This document shows, piece after piece, positions 18,713 through 27,175 of a stretch of DNA of 64,000 nucleotides. Position numbers and translations under genes: made by a program. Every line of letters begins with the position of its first letter. Position 1 is the first letter of the stretch. Source of the DNA: a virus (lineage: Duplodnaviria > Caudoviricetes); the IMG/VR virus record IMGVR_UViG_3300003962_000013, positions 32,001 to 96,000 of that record; one strand, given 5' to 3'. The notes under the pieces are model-generated. The model had not been told where the DNA came from and did no database searches. It worked only from the letters and a program-made list of their open reading frames with translations.

Positions 18713-20222
18713 TTCCTATTGTATATTCTTGATTAAGTCTTATCCAATTATCTGTGTTACTAAAAGATCCACTATATGATCTTAATGTTATTCCATTTAA
18801 TGAATTTACATCTGTTACGTCTACATATCCTATATTTTGAGTTGATCCTTGACGTACTGTTAATAATGTTTTTGTTCCTGGGGATGCTGATTTTATGGTT
18901 CCTACTCCTCCTTGTCTTGCCCCATAATGTCTTATATATCCTGTTACAATATATTCTTTTGAAGCTACTAATAATAAATCTATACTATTGGCTGCTGTTA
19001 TTTGTCCTATCATAAGTCCATAAGTTTCAAAAACATCCCCCGATATTGTAGTATCTCCTTGAAACCAAAGTTCTCCAGAAACTGTTAATTTATTAGTTAA
19101 GGTTAATGTAGTAAGACCTGTAGTTGTAGTTATATTATTCCAAATTATACCATCAGTAGCTAAAGTGCAATTAGATGATATACTCATAGTAGATCCAGTA
19201 GTAATTACTGTTCCTGCGGTATATGTAAAAGTATTTAAATTAAATCTTAAAGTAGTTCCTATAGTTATTGTTCCTAATGTGTTTATTTCAATATTAATTC
19301 TAAAATTACCCGTTGAACTTGTATTTTGAATTGTTCCAGTTCCGTTTAAAATTATATTTGTTGTTCCCGAAACCATTGTGTTTACCTTTGTATTTAAACC
19401 GCCTCCAACATATAAATTAAACCCATTTATTGCAAATGTAACAGCACTTCCATCACCCAACAAAGTCCCTGACATTGTTATATCATTTGACAATGTTAAA
19501 ACAGTATTGTTTAATGCAGTTATATTTCCGAAATTCAAACCCGTTCCCGTAAAAGTTACGTTTCCTGTTAATGCCGTAGTACTCCCAATTGAAGCCATTG
19601 TTCCCGAAATCCAAGTTACTATATTTCCGTTTAGATAAAAATTGTTTGACAATGTAAATGTTCCTACTGTATTAATTGTAATCGGGTTTGAAATATATGC
19701 CGCTCCAGCGGCCCATGAAGTTGTGCCTGTAATGTGTATCGCTGTTGTGCCGTTTACGGTACACCCATTTCCGTGACTTATTGATGTTCCACTAACGTAT
19801 AAAATAGAACCATTTAAAGTTACAGTTATAGCAGCGTTGACAAACGTTAAAATGCTTGAAACGTCCCAATTATCAGCAAGAGTTACTGTAATCGTATTTG
19901 AAAATTGTAATCTCGGAATATCTTTTCCATTACTTGTTAGAGTTGAAGTTGCATTGACTACTAAACTTGTTGTAAATGTACCCCAAACAACACTTGCTCC
20001 AAGTGTAACATTTCCACTAACAGTCAATCCGGCCGTGTTTACAAATGTTCCCGAATAAGTCCCGAAATTAATTGTTTTACAAACAGCTGCAGATGTAACA
20101 CTACAATTCACATTGGTACTAAATATTACATCATCGGCATTTGTAGGTACAAAACCCTCAGACCAATTAGTAGCAGTAGTCCAATTATTATTAGTTGCTC
20201 CTGTCCAAGTTCTTGTAGGCAT
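18702..20222 (-). CDS. Beta-helix fibre / adhesin-like virion protein
   Basis: TWTGATNNNWTTATNW N-terminus; shares the C-terminal PGTKT..T..QG...V.VTDV.S..G..NT.NW pattern with 17513..18712. Confidence 0.6.
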   Translation of the reverse strand: MPTRTWTGATNNNWTTATNWSEGFVPTNADDVIFSTNVNCSVTSAAVCKTINFGTYSGTFVNTAGLTVSGNVTLGASVVWGTFTTSLVVNATSTLTSNGKDIPRLQFSNTITVTLADNWDVSSILTFVNAAITVTLNGSILYVSGTSISHGNGCTVNGTTAIHITGTTSWAAGAAYISNPITINTVGTFTLSNNFYLNGNIVTWISGTMASIGSTTALTGNVTFTGTGLNFGNITALNNTVLTLSNDITMSGTLLGDGSAVTFAINGFNLYVGGGLNTKVNTMVSGTTNIILNGTGTIQNTSSTGNFRINIEINTLGTITIGTTLRFNLNTFTYTAGTVITTGSTMSISSNCTLATDGIIWNNITTTTGLTTLTLTNKLTVSGELWFQGDTTISGDVFETYGLMIGQITAANSIDLLLVASKEYIVTGYIRHYGARQGGVGTIKSASPGTKTLLTVRQGSTQNIGYVDVTDVNSLNGITLRSYSGSFSNTDNWIRLNQEYTIGNGS

Positions 20223-20416
20223 TATTCTTTAGGAACTATATTTAAATTATTATTTTCAGTTATTTCTCTGTTTTGAATACCTCTAATTATATCTGCTTCA
20301 TCTTTAGGCATAAAATGAGGTATATCAATTATTTTAGTTGAACCATCACTTAAAGTAAATTCTACAGTAGTGATAACTGTTATTTGATCTCTTCTATTTA
20401 CTATTGTATATGACAT
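20222..20416 (-). CDS. Small fibre-associated protein
   Basis: 64 aa ORF translationally coupled within the fibre cluster. Confidence 0.55.
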   Translation of the reverse strand: MSYTIVNRRDQITVITTVEFTLSDGSTKIIDIPHFMPKDEADIIRGIQNREITENNNLNIVPKE

Positions 20417-20422
20417 AATTTA

Positions 20423-22843
20423 TTATATTTTTTTATGTGTTATTAATTCTAATCTAGCCCATGTACACAATGATGATGTAAGCACATTAAATCCAATTAT
20501 ATATCCATTATCAAAAGATGATGTCCAATTAGTTAAATTAGTACTCGAAGTTATAAGACTAGCTGTTATAAAAGGTATTTGAGCATCTGTTATTGTATTC
20601 GAACCTATAGGAAATTCAGTTTGGGATGAAGTAACCCACACATCTATTTTTAATGCTCCTGTTGGACTACACATTAAATTCCATCCAACAAAGCTTCCTG
20701 AATATGATAATCTTGAATAATTTTTTTGTCCTGTAGTTATAACTCCCCCTTGACCATCTAAAATTAATACTACTGATCCTGTATTATTACTAATTGCTAC
20801 ATTTCCACCACCTGTTCCTCCATTCAAAGCATATGAAGCTGTTAGAGCATAAGATGCAGTTCCCAACAAACTTCCAGTAAATGAACCAGTGAATGAACCA
20901 GTTGTTGTTCCACCCGTTGAATTTAAAGCATATGAGGCTGTTAGAGCATAACTAGAACTTAATGCTTGAGATGAAGTTGCACTATATGAAGAACTTATTA
21001 CTGATCCACCATAATATGATGCTGTAGAGGCATATGAAGCACTCGCTACAGAACCTCCATAATAACTGGCTGTTTGAGCTGTTATAACATAAGATGCAGT
21101 ATTAGCATTAGATGCGGTTATAACATTAGTTGCCCAACTTGCAGTACCATTTAAATTTCCTATAAATGATCCAGTAAATGAACCGGTGTTATATGAGCCA
21201 GTAAATGCATTAAAACTTGAAGTGGTTACAAATGAACCAGTATCAATTGTAGTTCCGGCATTTAAGGAATAACTTGCTGTTATAGCATAACTTGAAGTAC
21301 CCTGTAATGAACCTGTAAATGAAGTGGCTTCTAAACTTCCTGTTAATCCATAAGATCCAGTTAATTGTTTTGAATTAATCCATACACTTCCACTTTTTAC
21401 TAATAAATCTCCATATGAACTAGTAGTAGAAGAATTTATTACATCATGTAATTCTCCTATCTCATATCCATTCATTATATCAACATATATTACCCCATCA
21501 ACTGCTTGAGTAATAGTTTTCCCTAATCTCACTTCATGCAGAGGAGATATTGGTAATGTTGATGTATAATCTCCACTTGATGAAAGATATAATTGAGTAC
21601 CAGGAGAATAAGCAGTAGTATCTATTCCTCTTATTAATCCATTAGTAATTACATAACCTGTTTGATTGTTAGAAATATTTTGTGCTACCCATCCTACTGT
21701 GGTTGAAGATTGAGCTTCATTAGAATAACTTGCTGTTACAACGGTAGGTCTATTTCCACTTTCACCATTAACATATACTATTTTTCCTTTAGCTAATACA
21801 TCCCCAGTTACATTTCTTACTCTAACAACATTTTGATGACCAACTTCAATCATAAAGTTGTTCACATCAGTATCTATTTGGATTGTTTTAACATCATCTT
21901 TCCAATGTATTCTTCCTTCTTGATGAGGATAACCATCTACTGTTACAAAATCTATGTAATCTACAGTTGATATATGAGATTGTGTTACGAGTAATGATCC
22001 AGTTAATATTACATTTTGATGTAATGGATTAACATATGAAGCAGTAGAAGCATTTGAAGCACTTAAAGCTTGTAAAGCATAAGATGCTGTACCTAATAAA
22101 CTTCCTGTGAATGAACCTGTAAATGAGCTTGTATTATATGAAGAACTAAAAGTTAAAAAACTACTTGATAATAAAACAATACTGGAGCTGTTGTTTAAAA
22201 TGCGAGTATTGAAAGAAGCACTATCTACATAATACGATGCAGTAAAATTGTTAAATGAGCTGCTTAATAATAGAGATCCAGTGTTATTACTTGTTAATAA
22301 ATCATATCCATTTAAGGTTCCTGATCCTGTTATATCTAAAGATCCTGTAAATTGAGCAGGACCTATGTTTTTAAATGTATTTGAACCACTAACTATTAAT
22401 GAACCAGTTACTACTGCATTACCTACAATTTGTAATCCATTACCATAAAAACTAGAAGCAGTAATTGGAAGTGTAGTTACATTTCCATTGTTTGTTATAT
22501 CTTGTAAATTAGCTGAGAATGAACCAGTAAACGAACCACTAAAAACTCCACCCCCATTTCCGTAAAATGAACCAGTAAAGTAGGGGGAGGAGATGGTATT
22601 AGCATTTATACTTCCTGAAACATTGATTGAACCTGTAAAATTAAAAGAACCAGATGTTGGAAATTCACCTTTGGCTCCCATAGGTCCTGTCAGTATTTGT
22701 ACTACAGAAGTTACTGGTTGAGTAACGGAAACTTCAGTACAACAATTATTATCAATTACAGTAATAGATTTATTATTATCTTGTAAAATGACTTGATTGT
22801 TGTTAGGAATAATATTTATTGGGCCTACACAATTATCTACCAT
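20423..22843 (-). CDS. Long fibre protein with TGSF and TASYA repeats
   Basis: 806 aa; repeated TGSFTGSFTGSL and (T/S)ASY(A/V/Y) units. Confidence 0.65.
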   Translation of the reverse strand: MVDNCVGPINIIPNNNQVILQDNNKSITVIDNNCCTEVSVTQPVTSVVQILTGPMGAKGEFPTSGSFNFTGSINVSGSINANTISSPYFTGSFYGNGGGVFSGSFTGSFSANLQDITNNGNVTTLPITASSFYGNGLQIVGNAVVTGSLIVSGSNTFKNIGPAQFTGSLDITGSGTLNGYDLLTSNNTGSLLLSSSFNNFTASYYVDSASFNTRILNNSSSIVLLSSSFLTFSSSYNTSSFTGSFTGSLLGTASYALQALSASNASTASYVNPLHQNVILTGSLLVTQSHISTVDYIDFVTVDGYPHQEGRIHWKDDVKTIQIDTDVNNFMIEVGHQNVVRVRNVTGDVLAKGKIVYVNGESGNRPTVVTASYSNEAQSSTTVGWVAQNISNNQTGYVITNGLIRGIDTTAYSPGTQLYLSSSGDYTSTLPISPLHEVRLGKTITQAVDGVIYVDIMNGYEIGELHDVINSSTTSSYGDLLVKSGSVWINSKQLTGSYGLTGSLEATSFTGSLQGTSSYAITASYSLNAGTTIDTGSFVTTSSFNAFTGSYNTGSFTGSFIGNLNGTASWATNVITASNANTASYVITAQTASYYGGSVASASYASTASYYGGSVISSSYSATSSQALSSSYALTASYALNSTGGTTTGSFTGSFTGSLLGTASYALTASYALNGGTGGGNVAISNNTGSVVLILDGQGGVITTGQKNYSRLSYSGSFVGWNLMCSPTGALKIDVWVTSSQTEFPIGSNTITDAQIPFITASLITSSTNLTNWTSSFDNGYIIGFNVLTSSLCTWARLELITHKKI

Positions 22844-23223
22844 TATCTAGTTATTTCTTTAGATAGTTTTACTTGTCCTTCTAAAATTCTAGTTACTATA
22901 CTCCCTGAGTGAATTTCTAAATCATATAATCCTGTGTCAAAATCTAATAATGAAGAAGAGATTGCAGAAATATATATACCTATAGAGCCGGAGGTTGGGG
23001 GTGTAGAATTGTTAGATCCACTAAAATTTAATCCTGTTCCATCCGCTTGAAGAGAACTACTTAAAGTAATATATACTGTAGATGAAGGTTGAGTAGGACG
23101 TATTTGCATTCTTCCTCCATAAGATGAAAGATCTATAGGATTCCCTGAGGAATCTTTGTATTGAAGTTCTAAATTTAAAGTTGAACCTTGTTCTATTAAA
23201 AATGAATATCTCCCTGCGCTCAT
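22843..23223 (-). CDS. BppU-like fibre attachment protein
   Basis: IEQGSTL...PIDLSSY..RMQIR...YDLEI...RILEG pattern. Confidence 0.55.
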   Translation of the reverse strand: MSAGRYSFLIEQGSTLNLELQYKDSSGNPIDLSSYGGRMQIRPTQPSSTVYITLSSSLQADGTGLNFSGSNNSTPPTSGSIGIYISAISSSLLDFDTGLYDLEIHSGSIVTRILEGQVKLSKEITR

Positions 23224-23225
23224 AA

Positions 23226-23810
23226 TTATTTTAATTGATTTGATTTATTTCTATTTCCTATTTGATTAGAACCATATTGTTCTGCTATTTCTGTTGTTTT
23301 AAAACGAGGCATTAAATTAGTATAGTGAAAACACTTTTGTTGTTCTTCTAATTTAGTTAAATCAAATTTTGAACAAGGTTTAATATGATCTATTTCCCAT
23401 ATTTTTCCATAATTATTCCAATCCATTTTATTGATGAATTGTTGTTCTAAATATAATTTAAATTCAATTACTGAGCATCCTAATAATGTTATAATAGATT
23501 TTGATTTTGAATTGGAATTAATTGCTTTAAAAAATCTAGATCTTAGATTATCAGAAATTCTAAATTGGATATTATTTTTTCTTTTATTGGATTTATAAAT
23601 ATTACTATATATAGTTTTTCTTTTTCTATTTATAATATTATATTTTTTAAAATATAATTTTTGTTGTTCTTTAATACTATTTTTATATTGTTTAGTACAT
23701 AATTTACATCTAGGTTCTTTCCCATCTGGAGAGTTTTTGTTATTTGAAAAATAATTATTCTCTTGTGGGATTTTACATTTATTACAAATTTTTGTATATA
23801 AATATTGCAT
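23226..23810 (-). CDS. HNH homing endonuclease with N-terminal Zn finger
   Basis: CNKC...CKLC; LLGCS; WEIDHIKPC...CFHYTN. Confidence 0.8.
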   Translation of the reverse strand: MQYLYTKICNKCKIPQENNYFSNNKNSPDGKEPRCKLCTKQYKNSIKEQQKLYFKKYNIINRKRKTIYSNIYKSNKRKNNIQFRISDNLRSRFFKAINSNSKSKSIITLLGCSVIEFKLYLEQQFINKMDWNNYGKIWEIDHIKPCSKFDLTKLEEQQKCFHYTNLMPRFKTTEIAEQYGSNQIGNRNKSNQLK

Positions 23811-23841
23811 TTTTTATTTTATTATAAATATTAAAAAGGTT

Positions 23842-23870
23842 AAAAAAGCTACCCATGTTAATGAGTAGCT
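23842..23870 (-). terminator. Terminator after phoH
   Basis: AGCTACTCAT-TAAC-ATGGGTAGCT plus T tract on the minus strand. Confidence 0.65.
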
Positions 23871-23918
23871 ATTATTATATTAACTTTGCAGAATTAATAT
23901 AATTAATTAAACCAATGT

Positions 23919-24602
23919 TTAATCTCGAAATTCATCATATACTTTTAAAATGTCTTCAACTATTTCATGTCGATGATTTTTCTTTAAAGTAACAATTCTA
24001 ACACCTTTGATTCTTTCTTCTAAACGTGGAAAAAAACCAATACCTGATTCTTTTTTGCTTTTTAAATCTACTTGAGCTAAATCACCACAAAATACTATTT
24101 TACCGCCTTTACCTAAACGACCTAACATCATTTCAGTTTGTGGTCCTGTAATATTTTGACATTCATCTACTATAACAAAACAATTAGGAAATGTTCTACC
24201 TCTCATAAATGCAAATGGTACAATTTCAATCTGATTTTCTTGAACCATTTTATCTATTTTTTCTTTATCATATAATAAATATAAATTAGAATATATTGGA
24301 GCTAGCCAAGGGTCCATTTTTTCTTTTAAATCACCTGGGAGGAAACCAATTTCTTCTTTTGATACAGTTGGACGCGTAATAACAATTTTATCCATTTCTT
24401 TTTTGAAAACCATATCTAAAGCAATTTGACATGCCACCAATGTTTTTCCTGAGCCAGCCATCCCTTTAAGTAATGTAACAGGATTTTCCAATATAATTTG
24501 TTTGGCTTCTTTTTGTTCTTCGTTAAGTGATAACTTGAACTTTATTTCTCCTTTTGGTTTTCGTTTTTCTTTGAAAACATCTTCATTATTGTTTTGAGAC
24601 AT
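23919..24602 (-). CDS. phoH: PhoH-family ATPase
   Basis: GMAGSGKT; IGFLPGDLKEKMDPW; FMRGRTF; DECQN; GDLAQVDL. Confidence 0.92.
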   Translation of the reverse strand: MSQNNNEDVFKEKRKPKGEIKFKLSLNEEQKEAKQIILENPVTLLKGMAGSGKTLVACQIALDMVFKKEMDKIVITRPTVSKEEIGFLPGDLKEKMDPWLAPIYSNLYLLYDKEKIDKMVQENQIEIVPFAFMRGRTFPNCFVIVDECQNITGPQTEMMLGRLGKGGKIVFCGDLAQVDLKSKKESGIGFFPRLEERIKGVRIVTLKKNHRHEIVEDILKVYDEFRD

Positions 24603-24620
24603 AATTTTTGTTTATAAATA

Positions 24621-25340
24621 TTAATTAAATTTTACTTTAACCAAAGGATCGATTCCTGCTTCGATATGCCATGTATTTTGTTGACATAAAGTAAAATCAT
24701 ATCTTTCGTCAAACGGAAGTATTAATTCTGCTTGGCTACCCCATCTTACTAAAGCAAATCGTTGGTTTTGAGAAAATAATTCATTTTGACCTAAAACAAA
24801 AGGACATATTACATTTACATCTTCATCTGCTATTAAAGTAATATAATAAGTGTAATCAAGTAGTGATGAATAAACTTCAACTAACATTCTTTCATTATAC
24901 TTCAGATAATCCATATTATCAGGATTAATAGCTTGATTCAATAAATCTTTTTCAACTGCGAGCATTGGTCTGTTTGTTGACTCAATAGGTTCTAGTTGTT
25001 TATAACGTACTACTCCTCCATAAGGAATACGAATTATATGAGGGTCATAAAATGATAAAAATACACCCACAACAAGTGAAGGTTTATTATATGTTTTATC
25101 ACCTATAACATCTTGTAAAGTGTAATTTATACCTTTTATCTCAACTACTTTATCTGATGGATTATTTATATGTTTTTGATACATTATAGTTCCATCACAA
25201 GGTGAGTAGAAATGTTCGTTATCAATATAATTAGGCCTCTGCGGATCGCGGAAAAAAAACTGTGTGCTAAGTTTGGTGAGATTCATTTTTTTACATTTGG
25301 AAATGTCTTCTTTAATCCACTGTTCTAACGATTTACTCAT
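24621..25340 (-). CDS. Phosphatidylserine decarboxylase-fold pyruvoyl enzyme
   Basis: FFFRDPQRP, SPCDG, FLSFYDPH, and VRWGSQ matching the (R)FGS self-cleavage motif; no N-terminal membrane anchor. Confidence 0.75.
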   Translation of the reverse strand: MSKSLEQWIKEDISKCKKMNLTKLSTQFFFRDPQRPNYIDNEHFYSPCDGTIMYQKHINNPSDKVVEIKGINYTLQDVIGDKTYNKPSLVVGVFLSFYDPHIIRIPYGGVVRYKQLEPIESTNRPMLAVEKDLLNQAINPDNMDYLKYNERMLVEVYSSLLDYTYYITLIADEDVNVICPFVLGQNELFSQNQRFALVRWGSQAELILPFDERYDFTLCQQNTWHIEAGIDPLVKVKFN

Positions 25341-25978
25341 AATATTTTATTTGATTTATTTCTATTTCCTATTTTATCTTTATAACCAAAAGATTGAGCA
25401 ATTTTAGTAGTCTTAAATATAGGTCTAGTATTCTTATAATTAAAACATTCTTTTTGTTGTTCTATATCTTCTAAATCAAATCTACTACAAGGTTTAATAT
25501 GATCTATTTCCCAAACTATCCCATGATTTTCCCAAGTAAATTCAGGGAGAAATTGTTGTTCTAAATATAATTTATAAAATATTATTGTACAACCTATAAA
25601 TTCTAAAGTATTATTTTGTTTAGTAATATTATTAGTATGTAAAACTTCTCTAATTCTATTACTTATATTTAATCTTAATTTAACTTGTTTATTAGAATGA
25701 TATTGTTTTACTCTATATTTATTTATCTTTTTTCTACTAATTAAATTATATTCTTTTTGGTAATTGTATTTTTCATAGTGAATTTTGTGATAATCATGTC
25801 TTGCTTTTTTATTTTCAGAATGATAATTACTACTATACCCTCTTTTACATCCCTTACATTGATTTTCTAAACCATCTTTAGTTCTATTATGTTTATAAAA
25901 ATTATTTAGTGTTTTAAATTCATTACAAACTCTACAATTCTTTTTTAGCTCTATCTCTTTGTCGTTGTTTTTCATCAC
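25337..25978 (-). CDS. HNH homing endonuclease with N-terminal Zn finger
   Basis: CRVC...CKGC; WEIDHIKPC...CFNYKN. Confidence 0.8.
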   Translation of the reverse strand: MMKNNDKEIELKKNCRVCNEFKTLNNFYKHNRTKDGLENQCKGCKRGYSSNYHSENKKARHDYHKIHYEKYNYQKEYNLISRKKINKYRVKQYHSNKQVKLRLNISNRIREVLHTNNITKQNNTLEFIGCTIIFYKLYLEQQFLPEFTWENHGIVWEIDHIKPCSRFDLEDIEQQKECFNYKNTRPIFKTTKIAQSFGYKDKIGNRNKSNKIL

Positions 25979-26072
25979 ATTTTTCTTTGTTTTTCCAATA
26001 ATATTTCTTGGATGCCTTAGCTCTAGAAGCTTGCTTCTCTTCAGGAGTATTGTATTTTTTTAGGCGGCCCAT
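25932..26072 (-). CDS. Small basic protein (46 aa) overlapping the HNH gene start
   Basis: Manual translation MGRLKKYNTPEEKQASRAKASKKYYWKNKEKCDEKQRQRDRAKKEL*; late promoter motif at 26081-26088. Confidence 0.6.
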   Translation of the reverse strand: MGRLKKYNTPEEKQASRAKASKKYYWKNKEKCDEKQRQRDRAKKEL

Positions 26073-26125
26073 TTATCGGATATAAATATGTTAAAAAGAA
26101 TAAAGATCAAAAGAAAGATGACAAG

Positions 26126-27040
26126 TTATACAACTGATTTTTTATAATCTACATAATTCAAGTTTAAGATACAGCAACTGAGAAGTGCACCTGATTTCAT
26201 ATATTCACTTAAATTAAATATAATAGGTTCTAAACCTTCTTCTCCACATATCTTAGTTAAATTATCTATTTTAGTTTTTTCTAATTGGTAATCTTCTGAT
26301 TTTTTATCTAATTCAGAAATATTTGAAGCACATAAAATCATATTACCCAATCTAGCTGAATTAGTTATTCCACCAAATGCATCATCCTCACTTACGTCTA
26401 TAACCTTAGTATAGCATTTTAACTCACTTATCTCATCTGGAGTATATAAGGATGTACAAATCATAGTTTTCTCATTTGTTAACGGGAAAACTGAACAATC
26501 TAAATGGTATAAATAAGGTTCAACCATATGTAATCTAATAATTTTCATATCAAAATTTTGTTCCATCCAATCATAAGCTTCTAAGGTTGAACGTTGTCCA
26601 TAACCTCCAACATATATGTTATCTTTTAGATATTTAAGATCTGCAACACCTTCCCATTTAAATGGACAAATAAATGTTTCATACCCCATCATATCAAAAA
26701 ATTCCTTACCAATCCATTCTTCACCACGTCTTGGTTCTGAAGTATAATTAGATAATAACATTACATTACGATCTTTGATATGAGGTAAATGTAAACCTAA
26801 ATTAGCTACATATACTTGGTCTTGAAAATCACCTTTACTAGGTAATAAATAAACTAATCCTTGACCAGCCATAAAGCTATATAAATCCATGAATTGTTTA
26901 TAGGCTTTAGGTCTATTAATTTCTAATTCTTCAGGTTTAAGTTCTTCCATCCAAATATTATTTGGTTCTTTTGCGGATAAGGTGAATGGAAAATTCATTA
27001 CATAACTAGGTATGTTTAATTGTGATGGAGTTTCTTTCAT
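26126..27040 (-). CDS. Amidinotransferase / arginine dihydrolase-like pentein enzyme
   Basis: NNIWM, DQVYVAN, RRGEE, WEGVAD, GYGQRS, YHLD and EYMKSGALLSC follow the ArgZ/DDAH-family motif order, including the catalytic His and Cys. Confidence 0.8.
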   Translation of the reverse strand: MKETPSQLNIPSYVMNFPFTLSAKEPNNIWMEELKPEELEINRPKAYKQFMDLYSFMAGQGLVYLLPSKGDFQDQVYVANLGLHLPHIKDRNVMLLSNYTSEPRRGEEWIGKEFFDMMGYETFICPFKWEGVADLKYLKDNIYVGGYGQRSTLEAYDWMEQNFDMKIIRLHMVEPYLYHLDCSVFPLTNEKTMICTSLYTPDEISELKCYTKVIDVSEDDAFGGITNSARLGNMILCASNISELDKKSEDYQLEKTKIDNLTKICGEEGLEPIIFNLSEYMKSGALLSCCILNLNYVDYKKSVV

Positions 27041-27115
27041 TTTTTAAATTTAATTTATTAATACTTAATATATAATAAGTATATTGTATCTCCAAGGAAT
27101 TTTTAGAAAGAAGTA

Positions 27116-27147
27116 AAGAAAAAGAAAAGCCGAGCTGAGCTCGGCCT
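27116..27147 (-). terminator. Terminator after the major capsid gene
   Basis: GCCGAGC-TCA-GCTCGGC plus TTTTCTTTTT on the minus strand. Confidence 0.8.
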
Positions 27148-27175
27148 TATCTTTTAACACTATTATGTTAATTTA

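Noticed and set aside
17513-22843. Diversity-generating retroelement acting on fibre genes
   Set aside because: No reverse transcriptase in the window and no near-identical repeat pair differing only at adenines; the repeats are degenerate protein-level repeats
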